This document shows, one piece after another, positions 1 through 10,388 of a DNA stretch of 64,000 nt. Within the stretch, counting starts at the first letter, position 1. Each line of letters begins with the position of its first letter. A model generated the notes under the pieces. It ran no database searches and was not told the DNA's origin. It saw nothing but the letters and a program-made list of their open reading frames with translations. Both the position numbers and the translations under genes were made by a program. Source of the DNA: Candidatus Kaiserbacteria bacterium (GTDB lineage Bacteria > Patescibacteriota > Minisyncoccia > Phycocordibacterales > Phycocordibacteraceae); assembly GCA_963699165.1 (NCBI GenBank), contig OY969413.1, forward strand, positions 468,562 through 532,561, read 5' to 3'.

Positions 1-380
1 GAGCGTAGTGATGTTTGGAAGCGAAGTAGTAGCAGAAAGGAGGGAGAGGACGCGCGCGTCTGCGCGCGCGTTGGTGAAGTACAAGTTAGTGCCTTCCGCA
101 ACATTGGTAGTCAGAAGTCCAAGCGAAGAGGTGGCAATGCCGGAGAGTACGTTTCCGTTTACTGCGTAGTATGCGACTTGATTTGCAGTGCCCGTAGTGA
201 CACTTGCGGTGCTCGTGGCAATGCCGCAAGTTGGGTCGGTAGGGAGACAGCCGGGGTCTAGGGTGGCGCCGGGGGCGAAAAGCGCCGCTTGCGCAGCAAG
301 CGGCGAGAGAATGAAGAGGCTAATGAGTGCGAGCGGAACTAAACGAGAGAGAGAGAGAGGAGTATCGCATGACGCTTCAT
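1..380 (-). CDS. secreted protein, N-terminal part (gene continues past window start); signal-peptide-like N-terminus MKRHAILLSLSRLVPLALISLFILSPLAAQA
   Basis: Own translation of the minus strand from ATG at 378-380 runs open to position 1; hydrophobic N-terminus followed by low-complexity T/S/A/G-rich sequence. Confidence 0.4.
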
Positions 381-393
381 AAACATTCCCATA

Positions 394-629
394 ATACCTC
401 GCGCATCGAAGCGGTTGCCGCTTCGATGCGCGAGGTATGTGGATAACATTTTTAGACTCTTTGGGAACTTGGGAAGGTCTGACCTTCCCAAGTGAACAAA
501 TTCCAAGGGTTACCCTTGGTAAGTCCGTCAAACTTTCCAAAAACCTTATTTTCCACGACCGTGGAAAATAAGGTTTTAAATTTTTGGGAGTGAGCCCAAG
601 TCCCGCGGCGCGAAGCGCCGCGGGACTTC
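394..629. repeat. tandem array of five perfect hairpin palindromes (394-438, 468-492, 503-519, 540-577, 599-629)
   Basis: Each arm pair verified by reverse-complement comparison; stems 8-21 bp, GC-rich; lies between the trmD 3' end and the start of the secreted-protein gene. Confidence 0.7.
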
Positions 630-637
630 CCTATTAG

Positions 638-1300
638 CTATTTTCGATGCTTTGCCCGCCACTCGTCCATCTTGGCGTGATGACCTGTCCGTAAAATCGC
701 AGGGACTTTGTATCGCTTGTCTTTGTATTCGATTGTCTCCGGCCGCGTGTAGACGGCGCTTGAGGCGATGCGGCGTTCCTCGACCGAAGCGTCTTTGCCG
801 AGCACGCCGGGAAGACGGCGCGTCACGGCATCGACGATGGCGAGCGCGGGCACTTCTCCGCCCGTGTACACTGCTTCGCCAACCGCAAATTCTTTGAGCG
901 TGCCGAGTGTCTTCAAAATCTTTTTCGCGCGTTCGTCGATGCCTTCATAGCGGCCGCAGACAAGCACCACGTCGTCAAACTTTGCGAGCGCATCGGCGTC
1001 TTTGTTTGTAAATTGTTTGCCGCTTGGAGAGAACCAGATGATGGCGCGGCGACGCTCCGCGCCGCCGCGTTTCTTCAACGCCTTCTCGACAGCCCGTACG
1101 ACAGGCAATGCCGTCACTACCATACCCGGACCGCCGCCGTACGGACGTTCGTCCACCTTGCCCCATTTATTGTCGACAAAATCGCGCGGCGTCTGGTAGC
1201 TTACGAAAATCTTTTTCTCCTTTCGGGCGCGCCCGATGATGGACGCCGAAAGATACGCGTCGCAGGCTTCCTCAAAAAGAGTTATGAGATGGAATTTCAT
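638..1300 (-). CDS. trmD: tRNA (guanine37-N1)-methyltransferase TrmD
   Basis: ORF 638..1369; motifs FSPSGKQF, VLVCGRYEGIDER, PYGGGPGMV typical of TrmD SPOUT fold; likely start MKFHL at 1300. Confidence 0.9.
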   Translation of the reverse strand: MKFHLITLFEEACDAYLSASIIGRARKEKKIFVSYQTPRDFVDNKWGKVDERPYGGGPGMVVTALPVVRAVEKALKKRGGAERRRAIIWFSPSGKQFTNKDADALAKFDDVVLVCGRYEGIDERAKKILKTLGTLKEFAVGEAVYTGGEVPALAIVDAVTRRLPGVLGKDASVEERRIASSAVYTRPETIEYKDKRYKVPAILRTGHHAKMDEWRAKHRK

Positions 1301-1453
1301 ACAAGATGGCCGGCAGAAGTGAGGTAAATGTTGCGAGAAATGAGTTGCGCAGGCGATGCGGCATTGCACCCGACGGGGTGCTGACGATTCGAGCAGGGCG
1401 AATTTTTCAGCAGAAAAATATCGCGCTCATTTCGAGCAACATTCCCGAGCGAT

Positions 1454-1771
1454 TTAGAGTTCATCGACCACCTGATCAACCGTCTTTATCTCCTGCTCGC
1501 GCTTTCCACCGACCGGCTCGTTTATCTTCAAGTTCACGCGCGCGTTCCCTTTCATCCCTACGACGCGCAAAAGAATACGGAGCGCTTCCGCGGTCTTTCC
1601 GTTTTTGCCTATGATTTTGCCCATATCGTCCGGATGAACGACAAGCGTCAAAAGGACGCCCATTTGGTCAATGGTGCGCGTTGTCTCAACCGACTCGGGA
1701 TGGTCGACAAGCGCATTAACGGCGTATTCGAGAAATGCTTGGTCAGTTTCCATGGTGGGATATGTTAGCAC
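1454..1771 (-). CDS. KH-domain RNA-binding protein (UPF0109/YlqC-like)
   Basis: IGKNGKTAEALRILL GxxG KH motif; position between rpsP and trmD as in the conserved rpsP operon. Confidence 0.8.
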   Translation of the reverse strand: MLTYPTMETDQAFLEYAVNALVDHPESVETTRTIDQMGVLLTLVVHPDDMGKIIGKNGKTAEALRILLRVVGMKGNARVNLKINEPVGGKREQEIKTVDQVVDEL

Positions 1772-1790
1772 CGCCCCCGTGGGCGATGGG

Positions 1791-2243
1791 TTAAGCTGCG
1801 GGCGTCTCTGCTGTCGGAACCTCTTCTGCCGCCTCTGCTACGGGCGTTTCTGCGGGAATCGCCTCGGCCTCAACTTCTGCCTCGGTCGGAGCCGCCACTT
1901 CTTCTGCGGCTGCCGGAGTTGCTGCTACAGGCGCTGCTGCCAGTGCCTCAACTACTTCCGGTTTCTTCTCAAGCAAGGACTTCGGAAGCACATTCACTTT
2001 CTTTCCCGAAATAACGCCTTTCGTAATGAGAAGGTTTTTAATGGAATCCGTCGGCTGGGCTCCCTTTGCGAGCCAGCTCTTTACGCTTTCCTCGTTCAAC
2101 GTGAGCGCCTTGCTGCGTGGGTTATACGTGCCGAGGAGCTCAACAATATTTCCCGCCTGCGCGGCGCGCTCTTTTTCGAGAACGGCAATGCGAAAAGCCG
2201 AATCATTGGTTCGGCCGATGCGCTGAAATCGAATCATCAACAT
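1791..2243 (-). CDS. rpsP: 30S ribosomal protein S16 with Ala/Glu/Pro-rich C-terminal extension
   Basis: N-terminus MLMIRFQRIGRTNDSAFRIAVLEKERAAQAGNIVELLGTYNP matches the S16 family. Confidence 0.9.
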   Translation of the reverse strand: MLMIRFQRIGRTNDSAFRIAVLEKERAAQAGNIVELLGTYNPRSKALTLNEESVKSWLAKGAQPTDSIKNLLITKGVISGKKVNVLPKSLLEKKPEVVEALAAAPVAATPAAAEEVAAPTEAEVEAEAIPAETPVAEAAEEVPTAETPAA

Positions 2244-2396
2244 GTTGGCGACTATAGCAGAACCTCGCTAATATTGCTAGTACCGTTACAAATTAACGGT
2301 TTTGTCTACTTTCCATATTCCGATATTTGAGAAAAATTACCGCGAAATGTTTAGAGCGCTATTGCTTTAATTTGTAACGGCACTAGAGTACAAGAA

Positions 2397-4343
2397 ATGT
2401 CGATCGAGACGTTCTACGAAGGACCCATCACGATGACCCGAAAAGGTTTCGGCTTTTTCCCTATCTCTGAAGACAAGGAAGACCTGATTATTCCACCCGA
2501 ATGGACCAATCATGCCCTCTCCGGCGACACGGTAAAAGTCGCGGCGGCAGGCTTGTATCGTGACCCGACGGGCCGCATGCCGCCCCGCGAGTCCGGCAAA
2601 GTCGTCGAAATCCTCTCCCGCGCCCGCGACACCTTCGTCGGCACGCTTATTGAGGAAGATGGACTCACAATGCTCGCGCCCGACTACAAAAAGATGTACG
2701 TTCCGATTGTCATCTTGCATCGGGGCGATGCGCCGCTTGGCTACAAAGTTCTCGTGCGCCTCGGTGAGTGGGCTGTCGACAAAGATTACCCGCTCGGCAC
2801 CATCGAAGAAGTCATCGGCAAAGCCGGCGTTCACGAAACCGAGATGCGCGCTCTCGCGCTCGGTCAGGGATTCTCAAGCGACTTCCCGCCCGGCGTCGTT
2901 GCCGATGCAAAATATCTCGAAGAGCACGGACGCAAATTGCTTGAAGACGAAACAAAGAATCCGAAGCGCCGCGATTTTCGAGACGCAAAAACTTGCACCA
3001 TAGACCCCGCCGATGCAAAGGACTTCGATGATGCACTTTCCGTGCGAAAACTCGATAACGGCCTCACCGAGGTCGGCGTCCATATTGCCGATGTTTCTTT
3101 TTTCGTGCGCCCCGGAAGCAACCTAGACAAAGAAGCCGTTGAACGTGCAACGAGCGTCTACCTCGTCGACCGCACGATTCCAATGCTTCCGGAAGTCCTT
3201 TCCACCGACCTTTGCTCGCTGAATCCAAATCAAGACCGACTCGCAGTTTCGGCCGTCTTTACGCTCGACGCGGATGCAAATATCACTTCCGAATGGTTCG
3301 GCGAAACTGTCATCCATTCCGACAAGCGCTTCACCTACGAAGACGCGCAGGCGGTGCTCGACGCGGGCGAAGGGACTTTGCACGAAGAACTTTCCACGCT
3401 TCTCGAACTCTCGAAAAAAATTCGCACGCGCCGTCAGGCAAAAGGCGCCGTCGAGTTTGATACCGCAGAAGTTAAAGTCGAGTTGAACGCCGAAGGCGCG
3501 CCAATCGCCATTCACCTCAAAGAACGCAAAGCGACCAATCTTCTCATCGAGGACTTCATGTTGCTCGCAAACGAAGCGGTGGCAAAACATCTTTCCGAAC
3601 TCACAAAGAAAGCGGGACCGCTTTCGCAATCGCTCTACCGCACGCACGGCGCGCCGGATGCCGACCGCATCGAAAATCTTGCAAATCTTTTGCGCGTCAT
3701 GGGCTACCACCTGAAAACGACCGGCGCGGGCAACGTCACGGGCGCAGAGCTTAATCGCCTGCTCGAATCGGTAAAAGGAAAACCGGAAGAATATCTCGTA
3801 AAGACCGCGACACTCCGCTCGATGAGCAAAGCCGCCTACACGACAAACAACATCGGCCACTTCGGGCTTGCCTTCGATTTTTATACGCATTTTACTTCCC
3901 CGATTCGCCGCTATCCGGACCTCGTCATTCACCGTCTCGTGAAATCGCATGCGGGCGGCGATCCGATTACAGAAAAAGAAATGCAGGCCTTCGACAAGCT
4001 TGCGCTCCACGCCTCTGAACGCGAAGTCGCCGCCGCAGACGCCGAGCGCGATTCGGTGAAGATGAAACAGGTGGAGTTTCTCGCGGGAAGAGTTGGAGAG
4101 GAATTCGATGCCGTCATTTCCGGCGTTACCGAGCGCGGACTCTATGTGGAAGAACAATCAACGCATTCCGACGGCATGATTCGCGTCAAAGATATCGGCG
4201 ACGATTATTTTGAATACGATGAAAAGCATTATCGCCTCGTCGGCCGCCGCACCAAAAAGGAATACCAGCTCGGCAACCCCATCCGCGTCAAACTCATCGC
4301 CGCCCGCATTGCGGAAAAGGAATTGGATTTTGTGCCTGTTTAA
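2397..4343 (+). CDS. rnr: ribonuclease R / exoribonuclease II family (RNB domain)
   Basis: 648 aa; RNB signature HFGLAFDFYTHFTSPIRRYPDLVIHR; C-terminal S1-like region. Confidence 0.9.
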   Translation: MSIETFYEGPITMTRKGFGFFPISEDKEDLIIPPEWTNHALSGDTVKVAAAGLYRDPTGRMPPRESGKVVEILSRARDTFVGTLIEEDGLTMLAPDYKKMYVPIVILHRGDAPLGYKVLVRLGEWAVDKDYPLGTIEEVIGKAGVHETEMRALALGQGFSSDFPPGVVADAKYLEEHGRKLLEDETKNPKRRDFRDAKTCTIDPADAKDFDDALSVRKLDNGLTEVGVHIADVSFFVRPGSNLDKEAVERATSVYLVDRTIPMLPEVLSTDLCSLNPNQDRLAVSAVFTLDADANITSEWFGETVIHSDKRFTYEDAQAVLDAGEGTLHEELSTLLELSKKIRTRRQAKGAVEFDTAEVKVELNAEGAPIAIHLKERKATNLLIEDFMLLANEAVAKHLSELTKKAGPLSQSLYRTHGAPDADRIENLANLLRVMGYHLKTTGAGNVTGAELNRLLESVKGKPEEYLVKTATLRSMSKAAYTTNNIGHFGLAFDFYTHFTSPIRRYPDLVIHRLVKSHAGGDPITEKEMQAFDKLALHASEREVAAADAERDSVKMKQVEFLAGRVGEEFDAVISGVTERGLYVEEQSTHSDGMIRVKDIGDDYFEYDEKHYRLVGRRTKKEYQLGNPIRVKLIAARIAEKELDFVPV

Positions 4344-4344
4344 A

Positions 4345-4382
4345 CAAAACAACGAGCAGTGCAGCCTGCTCGTTGTTTTGCC
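4345..4382 (+). terminator. stem-loop terminator after rnr
   Basis: AAAACAACGAGCAG-TGCAGC-CTGCTCGTTGTTTT perfect 14-bp stem immediately after the TAA stop. Confidence 0.6.
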
Positions 4383-4735
4383 GAATGTTCTACTCGGAAG
4401 TCTTACACTGCGCATTTTTTACGTCCCAGAAACTTTGAATTCTGGCGGACGACGCCAGAGACACGCAGAATCCTAGCTACAGAGGTCGTTTCGGACTCAT
4501 TGTTGTTTACCTCACTCGGTAGGTTAAACCCTCGGTACAACGATGGCGGTAGATGGCTTTTTAACGTCCTTGCATTCTCTTGCTAGACGACAGCAAGACC
4601 ATCTGACTACTCCAAGCGCCGAGGGCAATCAAAACTGCTTTCATGATAAAGAAAGTTAGTTATAAAATACCCTCTTATTGAGGGGCACGCTCACAATACC
4701 CCTCAGATGTAAGGATTCCTGTGGATGTTGCTCGA

Positions 4736-5458
4736 TTAACCCTTGCGTGGATTCCCTAATGCCGCAACAATCTCATTCTGTCTTTTATATTTCTCCTTTG
4801 CGCGATTCACCGCAATTCTCAAACTTTTTTCAATATTTGAGTTGAATGCCTCAACTTCCGCATTGATTTTATCGGTCTCTTTTTGAAGATTGACCAAAAA
4901 ATCGTCGCGTTCCTTTACGATGGACTCAGTATCATTTCCGAAATCGATAATATCAAAAGCTATCTCCCAAATAATTTTTGATTCGGCTTCTTTATAACTA
5001 ACCTTCCCATCGCCAATTGCCTCCGCAAGTTCAGATGAATTATTGCTGAGATGGACAATATGATTCCAGCCACTACTTGTTGGTACTCGCCATCTAATTT
5101 TCACAAGATCAATGTCCCCACTAAATGGGAGATGAAAAGAAACGACATTTCTCATGTGGGACTGGAGACGGTCAATCCGACATTCTGCGGGAAATTTTTT
5201 ACCATCAATCATTGCTTGTTTTTGGGATACGGTTATACCATCAACGTGCCAAACCAGAGGATTGATTGTGTAATCCTTCACATAGCCCTCAAAAAATTTC
5301 TCCTCGTTCTGTTCATAAGCATGGCGGGAATCCTCGCCAAAATCGAGTGACTCCAGTTCGGCAAGTCGATTCTCGAGAAATGGAATTAATTCCTTCTCTT
5401 CTCCGAAATTTCTTTCGCCCTCAGAATCGGATGAATAACCGTAATCGATGAGTAACAT
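4736..5458 (-). CDS. hypothetical protein in a locally AT-richer segment
   Basis: 240-aa ORF with no motif I recognise; base composition shifts relative to flanks. Confidence 0.45.
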   Translation of the reverse strand: MLLIDYGYSSDSEGERNFGEEKELIPFLENRLAELESLDFGEDSRHAYEQNEEKFFEGYVKDYTINPLVWHVDGITVSQKQAMIDGKKFPAECRIDRLQSHMRNVVSFHLPFSGDIDLVKIRWRVPTSSGWNHIVHLSNNSSELAEAIGDGKVSYKEAESKIIWEIAFDIIDFGNDTESIVKERDDFLVNLQKETDKINAEVEAFNSNIEKSLRIAVNRAKEKYKRQNEIVAALGNPRKG

Positions 5459-5483
5459 AGACCGAATATTACAAAATCTCTCT

Positions 5484-7703
5484 TTATTTCGCCACGGCGA
5501 CCGCCTCGTCGAATTTCACCGAAAGGAGTTTTGAAACACCGTCGCTTCCCATCGTCACGCCGTAGAGAATGCTCGTGCGGCTCATCGTCTCGCGGTTGTG
5601 CGTGATGACGATAAGCTGGGACTTCTTCGCGAGATTTTCAATCATGTCGCCGTAGCGGCGGCTATTGGCTTCGTCGAGCGCCGCATCGGTCTCGTCAAGA
5701 ATGAGGAACGGCGGGGGATTCACTTGGCTCATTGCAAAGATAAGCGCAATGGATGTGAGCGCGCGTTCGCCGCCCGAAAGCTGCATGAGGGAGCGCACTT
5801 TTTTCTTCGGGAGATTGACCGCGATTTCGATGCCCGGCCGTTCGCTTTCTTTCGGCGCTGATTCTTCGCCTTCGCTCTCGCCTTCTTCGTCGTCGGATTG
5901 TTCCGGTTCTTCAAGGGCAAGGCGCGCGCCGCCGCCGCCGAACATGAGCGCGAAGTATTCGCCAAATGAAGCGTTCACTTTTGCGAGCCCTTCGGAGAAA
6001 TGCTTGGCGAGTTCGGTATCCAAATCTTTTATGAGCGCATCAAGGCTGGCGGCGGATTTCGCCAAGTCCTCGAGCTCGGTCGCAAGAAATGCTTCGCGCT
6101 CGGAGACCTCTTTGTGCTCTTGTCTGATTTCCTCACCCATGCCGCCCGCTTCTTCGAGGCGGATTTTATTTCGCTCGAGCACGCGCTTCCGGTCCTCCTG
6201 TTCTTTGCGGTCCTCGGCGGGCAATTCGGAGAGCGGTTCGTATGAAAGCGCCGCCGCTCCCGCAAGCGCAAGCACTTCGCCTTTTTCGCGTTCAAGCGTT
6301 TCGGCAAGAAGCGTCAGCTCGTATTCCCGAGCTTCGGCTTTTGCGACAAGCCCTTCTTCGTGCGCTTTGTTTTGCGCGAGGTCGAGAATGCGGCGGCGGA
6401 TTTCGCGGCCCGTTTCTTCAAGCGCGACCATCGCCTCACGCGCGCGGGCGCGGGCCGCTTCGGCTTTCTCGAGGTCTGCTGAAACGGCAGTGAATTTTTC
6501 GGTCAGTTCGGCGCGCTCATTTTCAAGTTTGAGCGCAGCGGCTTCTTCATCGGAGAAATAATCATCGCGCGGCGCACTGTGGCGCGAGAAAAAGAGCTGC
6601 ACTGCGTTGCCGATGGCATCAAGCGCGGAACGCATTGATTCGACCGTCGTTCCGGCATCTTTGACTTGACGCTCGACTTCCGTGCGGAGCGCCTCAAGCT
6701 CTTCGCGCGGGACCTTTGCAATTGATTCGTGCGCAATCGCGGTTGCGCGGCGCTTCACTTCAGCGAGTGCTCCTTCGATGCGGCCCATATCGCGCGAAAG
6801 CGTCGCGCGGGAGCTCGAAAGTTCGCTGACTTCCCGCTCGGCTTTTCGAAGCGCTTCGGTGCGCTCGATAGTTTCCTGATCGGCGAGTCGCGGGTCAGCG
6901 ACGACATCGAGTTCGCCGCTCGCCACGGCGAGCCGCTCGGCCGCATTTCGCTTCTCCTCCGCCGCTTTCACTTTCTCCGCCGCAACATACGCGTCTTCAA
7001 TCGAAAAATATTTCTGCGCAAGGGCAATCAGGTCGCTTCGAAGCGCATCGGCGCGCTCAAGCTTCTTTACTTGGCTCTCAAGAAAACGCAGGTGCGGCGC
7101 AAGCTCTCGGCGGAGCGAATTGATTTGTGCGATATTATCCTCGGTCTTTACGAGTTTCCTTTGCGCCTCCTGTTTTTTAAATTCGTACAATTTGAGACCG
7201 AGCGCATCTTCAAGCATCGCGCGGCGGTCGCGCGGCGACGAAAGCAAAATGCGGTCCGCTTCGCCCTGCGAAATGATGTGATGGCCCGTCTCGCCGATAT
7301 TTGCGCTTGCAAGCAGTTCTTCGATGTCGCGCAGGCGCACACGCGAGCCGTTGATTGAGTATTCGCTCGCGCCGTCTCGAAAGACGACACGCTCGATAGC
7401 GACTTCGTCAAAATCGATGTTAAACGTGCGCTTTCCGCCGATGGTCGGATTGTCGAACACAATCACAACCGATGCGCGGTTTGCGCGCGGCGCCGAATGC
7501 GAACCATTGAAAATCAAATCCTCCGCGCGCTTGCCGCGCATGCTTTTCATCGACTGTTCGCCGAGCGCAAAACGAAACGCCTCGGCAACGTTGCTTTTGC
7601 CGGAACCGTTCGGACCGACAATCGCCGTGGTCGCGTTCGAAAAATCCAAGACGGTTTTCTTGGCGAACGATTTAAAACCGACTATTTCCAGCCGCTTCAA
7701 CAT
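5484..7703 (-). CDS. smc: SMC-family chromosome segregation ATPase (short form, 739 aa)
   Basis: SMC N-terminus LEIVGFKSFAKKTVLDFSNATTAIVGPNGSGKSN (Walker A), long coiled-coil, C-terminal LSGGERALT signature and ILDETDAALD Walker B. Confidence 0.8.
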   Translation of the reverse strand: MLKRLEIVGFKSFAKKTVLDFSNATTAIVGPNGSGKSNVAEAFRFALGEQSMKSMRGKRAEDLIFNGSHSAPRANRASVVIVFDNPTIGGKRTFNIDFDEVAIERVVFRDGASEYSINGSRVRLRDIEELLASANIGETGHHIISQGEADRILLSSPRDRRAMLEDALGLKLYEFKKQEAQRKLVKTEDNIAQINSLRRELAPHLRFLESQVKKLERADALRSDLIALAQKYFSIEDAYVAAEKVKAAEEKRNAAERLAVASGELDVVADPRLADQETIERTEALRKAEREVSELSSSRATLSRDMGRIEGALAEVKRRATAIAHESIAKVPREELEALRTEVERQVKDAGTTVESMRSALDAIGNAVQLFFSRHSAPRDDYFSDEEAAALKLENERAELTEKFTAVSADLEKAEAARARAREAMVALEETGREIRRRILDLAQNKAHEEGLVAKAEAREYELTLLAETLEREKGEVLALAGAAALSYEPLSELPAEDRKEQEDRKRVLERNKIRLEEAGGMGEEIRQEHKEVSEREAFLATELEDLAKSAASLDALIKDLDTELAKHFSEGLAKVNASFGEYFALMFGGGGARLALEEPEQSDDEEGESEGEESAPKESERPGIEIAVNLPKKKVRSLMQLSGGERALTSIALIFAMSQVNPPPFLILDETDAALDEANSRRYGDMIENLAKKSQLIVITHNRETMSRTSILYGVTMGSDGVSKLLSVKFDEAVAVAK

Positions 7704-7757
7704 TATCTGAAAGTATAACGCATAAAAAACGGGTATTCATGGGAAATGCATAAGTTC

Positions 7758-8815
7758 AGATACATTTGGCAGTCCTCATAACCGAGGATATATGCGCATC
7801 AGAAGCAATTTCAGGGGTACGAAGGGCTGGTTGAGCATGTGGGAAAGGACGATACGATTGCGGCATATGCGGAAACCAAAGGAAGTCGACAGACGGGTGA
7901 AGATATTGGGATTCTGGGACATGCACGGGACGGAGGCCGCATACGACGCCTTTGGCACCTCGGAGCGCACCTTGTATCGCTGGAAGGAGGAACTCAAAGC
8001 CCACGAGGGCCGCATTGATGCACTTGACCCGAAGAGCACTGCGCCGAAGGCGCGTCGAAGGAGGACTGTTCTGCCCGAGGTCGAGGATTTCATCATCCGC
8101 GAACGACAGGCGCATCCCCGGCTTGGGAAAGCAAAGCTTGCCGTTCTCCTGCGCGAAGAAGGGTACTCCGTGTCGGAGTCATACGTTGGGCGGGTCATTC
8201 TGGATTTGAAGAACCGCGGTCTGCTCCCGCAGCAGAGCCGGCTCTCGTTCCACGCACGTACGGGCAATCACACGGAAACACCGCAGAAACGCCGTACCAA
8301 GCTTCGCCGCACCGGCAAGCGCGGCATGGAGCTCGATACCGTCGTCCGCTTCATCGACGGCGTGAAGCGGTACGTCCTCACGGCAGTGGACGTGGAGCGG
8401 AAGTTCGCCTTTGCGGGCGCGTATACGAACCACTCGTCGAGAAGCGCGGACGACTTCCTTCGCCGAGTCATCGAGGTTTGCCCCTTCGATATCGACGAGT
8501 TGCAGACCGACAACGGGAGCGAGTTCGCCAAACACTTCGAGGATGCCTGTGCCGAACTCGGGCTCACGCACTTTCACACCCGCCCCCGCACTCCCAAGAT
8601 GAATGCCCACGTCGAACGATTCAATCGCACCGTCTCCGAGGACTTCATCATGCTGAATCGGGGCCTGCTGCGGGACGATATTCATTCCTTCAATCTGAAG
8701 CTTGTCGACTGGCTGATCTGGTACAACACCAAACGCCCGCACCAGTCGCTCGGCATGGTGTCCCCCTTGCGGTATATTGTGTGTACATTAACCGTCGGGG
8801 ACTGCCAAAAGTACT
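7758..8815 (+). mobile_element. IS481-family insertion sequence (approximate ends)
   Basis: Transposase ORF with rve/DDE core; terminal inverted repeats TTTGGCAGTCC (7765-7775) and GGACTGCCAAA (8799-8809). Confidence 0.45.
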
Positions 8816-8835
8816 GGACGCGTACAGGAAAGTGA
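7792..8835 (+). CDS. IS481-family DDE transposase (HTH plus integrase core)
   Basis: rve-core motifs TDNGSEF and WYNTKRPHQSLG; N-terminal HTH region. Confidence 0.85.
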   Translation: MRIRSNFRGTKGWLSMWERTIRLRHMRKPKEVDRRVKILGFWDMHGTEAAYDAFGTSERTLYRWKEELKAHEGRIDALDPKSTAPKARRRRTVLPEVEDFIIRERQAHPRLGKAKLAVLLREEGYSVSESYVGRVILDLKNRGLLPQQSRLSFHARTGNHTETPQKRRTKLRRTGKRGMELDTVVRFIDGVKRYVLTAVDVERKFAFAGAYTNHSSRSADDFLRRVIEVCPFDIDELQTDNGSEFAKHFEDACAELGLTHFHTRPRTPKMNAHVERFNRTVSEDFIMLNRGLLRDDIHSFNLKLVDWLIWYNTKRPHQSLGMVSPLRYIVCTLTVGDCQKYWTRTGK

Positions 8836-8876
8836 CGGTACCAAGGTGTTGGTTTATACTTACCGGACTCACTCGC

Positions 8877-9890
8877 ATGTCGTTCATCTCCTACTCCTTC
8901 CTCGTCTTTTTCCCAGTCGTAACCATTTTATATTTTTGGACGCCCCAGCGCCTGCGCTGGGCTTTGCTTCTTTTTGCGAGCTGTATTTTTTACGTGGCCT
9001 TCATACCCGCCTATATTTTCGTGCTTTTCGGCCTCATTGCGGTCGATTACACCGCAGGCCGCCTGCTTGGAAAAGCAACAGGTGCGTATCGGAAATGCAT
9101 CCTTCTCGCGAGCGTCATATCGACCTGCGCGGTGCTACTCGTATTCAAATATTTCAATTTCGCAAACGAAAACATTGCCGCGCTATCCTCGTTCCTTCAT
9201 TGGAACTATTCGATTGCCGCATTGTCGCTTGCATTGCCGCTCGGACTTTCCTTTCACACGTTCCAGAGCTTGAGTTACGTCATCGAGGTGTATCGGGGCA
9301 AATTCAAGCCCGAACGACACTTCGGCATCTACGCGCTCTATGTCATGTTTTATCCGCAACTCGTCGCGGGACCGATTGAACGTCCGCAACATCTTCTGCC
9401 GCAATTTTATGAAAACCATGTTTTTGACTACGAGCGCGTAAAAACCGGACTCATCCGCATGGCATGGGGATTTTTCAAAAAGATGGCGATAGCCGACAAT
9501 CTCGCGATCATTGTGAATCCGATTTTTGCTAATCCGTCGCAGTACGGCAGCATCTCGCTTATCATCGCGAGCATCTGCTTCACTCTCCAAATATATTTTG
9601 ATTTTTCAGGATATTGCGACATCGCGCTCGGTGCGGCACAGGTGATGGGATTTACGCTGATGGAAAACTTCAATCGGCCGTTCGCGGCAAAATCAATCGC
9701 GGAGTTTTGGCGCCGTTGGCACATTTCGCTCTCATCGTGGTTCCGCGACTATTTTTACTACCCGCTCGTGCTTTCGCAAAAGAAAGTCACTCCTGCGAAA
9801 ATTTACGCGACTACCCTTTTTACGTTTTTAGTAACGGGTTTTTGGCATGGCGCGAACTGGACCTTCGGCATTTTCGGACTTCTGCACGGT
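8877..9890 (+). pseudogene. MBOAT-family membrane O-acyltransferase (AlgI/DltB-like), 3' end replaced by IS3 insertion
   Basis: Multi-TM protein with MBOAT His motif region WRRWHISLSSWFRDYFYYPL and FWHGANW; reading frame runs into the IS left inverted repeat at 9891 and stops after LLHGARYPKRR... Confidence 0.7.
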
Positions 9891-10064
9891 GCAAGGTACC
9901 CCAAACGTCGGACACTCATTCTAAATACCAGCAGCTAATTTAGAATGTACCTATGGCAAAGAAAGCATACCGTATTGCTCCTGAGATTAAGGAGCAGATT
10001 ATCAACCGTATCAAAAACGATGGCATCAGTGTCGCTGAGGCAGCGAAAGAACACGGAGTCAGTA
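9891..10064 (+). mobile_element. solo duplicated left end of the IS3-family element (IRL plus first ~37 codons of orfA)
   Basis: 174 bp identical to 10065-10238, by direct comparison. Confidence 0.8.
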
Positions 10065-10127
10065 TGCAAGGTACCCCAAACGTCGGACACTCATTCTAAA
10101 TACCAGCAGCTAATTTAGAATGTACCT

Positions 10128-10388
10128 ATGGCAAAGAAAGCATACCGTATTGCTCCTGAGATTAAGGAGCAGATTATCAACCGTATCAAAAACGATGGCA
10201 TCAGTGTCGCTGAGGCAGCGAAAGAACACGGAGTCAGTACCGTCACTATCTATGCTTGGCTTGGCACCTCTGCAAAAGGAGTGAGTATCATTGAGCACAA
10301 CAGAGTGAAGAAGGAGAACGGTCTCCTTAAAGCACTCATCGGAGAATTGACGTTTAAACTCTCAAACGGAGAAAAAAGGGGCTCTTGA
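10128..10388 (+). CDS. IS3-family transposase OrfA (HTH)
   Basis: MAKKAYRIAPEIKEQIINRIKNDGISVAEAAKEHGVS helix-turn-helix, leucine-zipper-like C-terminus. Confidence 0.85.
   Translation: MAKKAYRIAPEIKEQIINRIKNDGISVAEAAKEHGVSTVTIYAWLGTSAKGVSIIEHNRVKKENGLLKALIGELTFKLSNGEKRGS

Noticed and set aside
3123-4157. 344-aa ORF on the minus strand
   Set aside because: Entirely antisense to the well-supported rnr gene; no motifs. A GC-rich antisense open frame.
5665-6561. 298-aa Ser/Ala-rich ORF on the plus strand
   Set aside because: Antisense to smc; low-complexity artefact of the GC-rich coiled-coil coding region.
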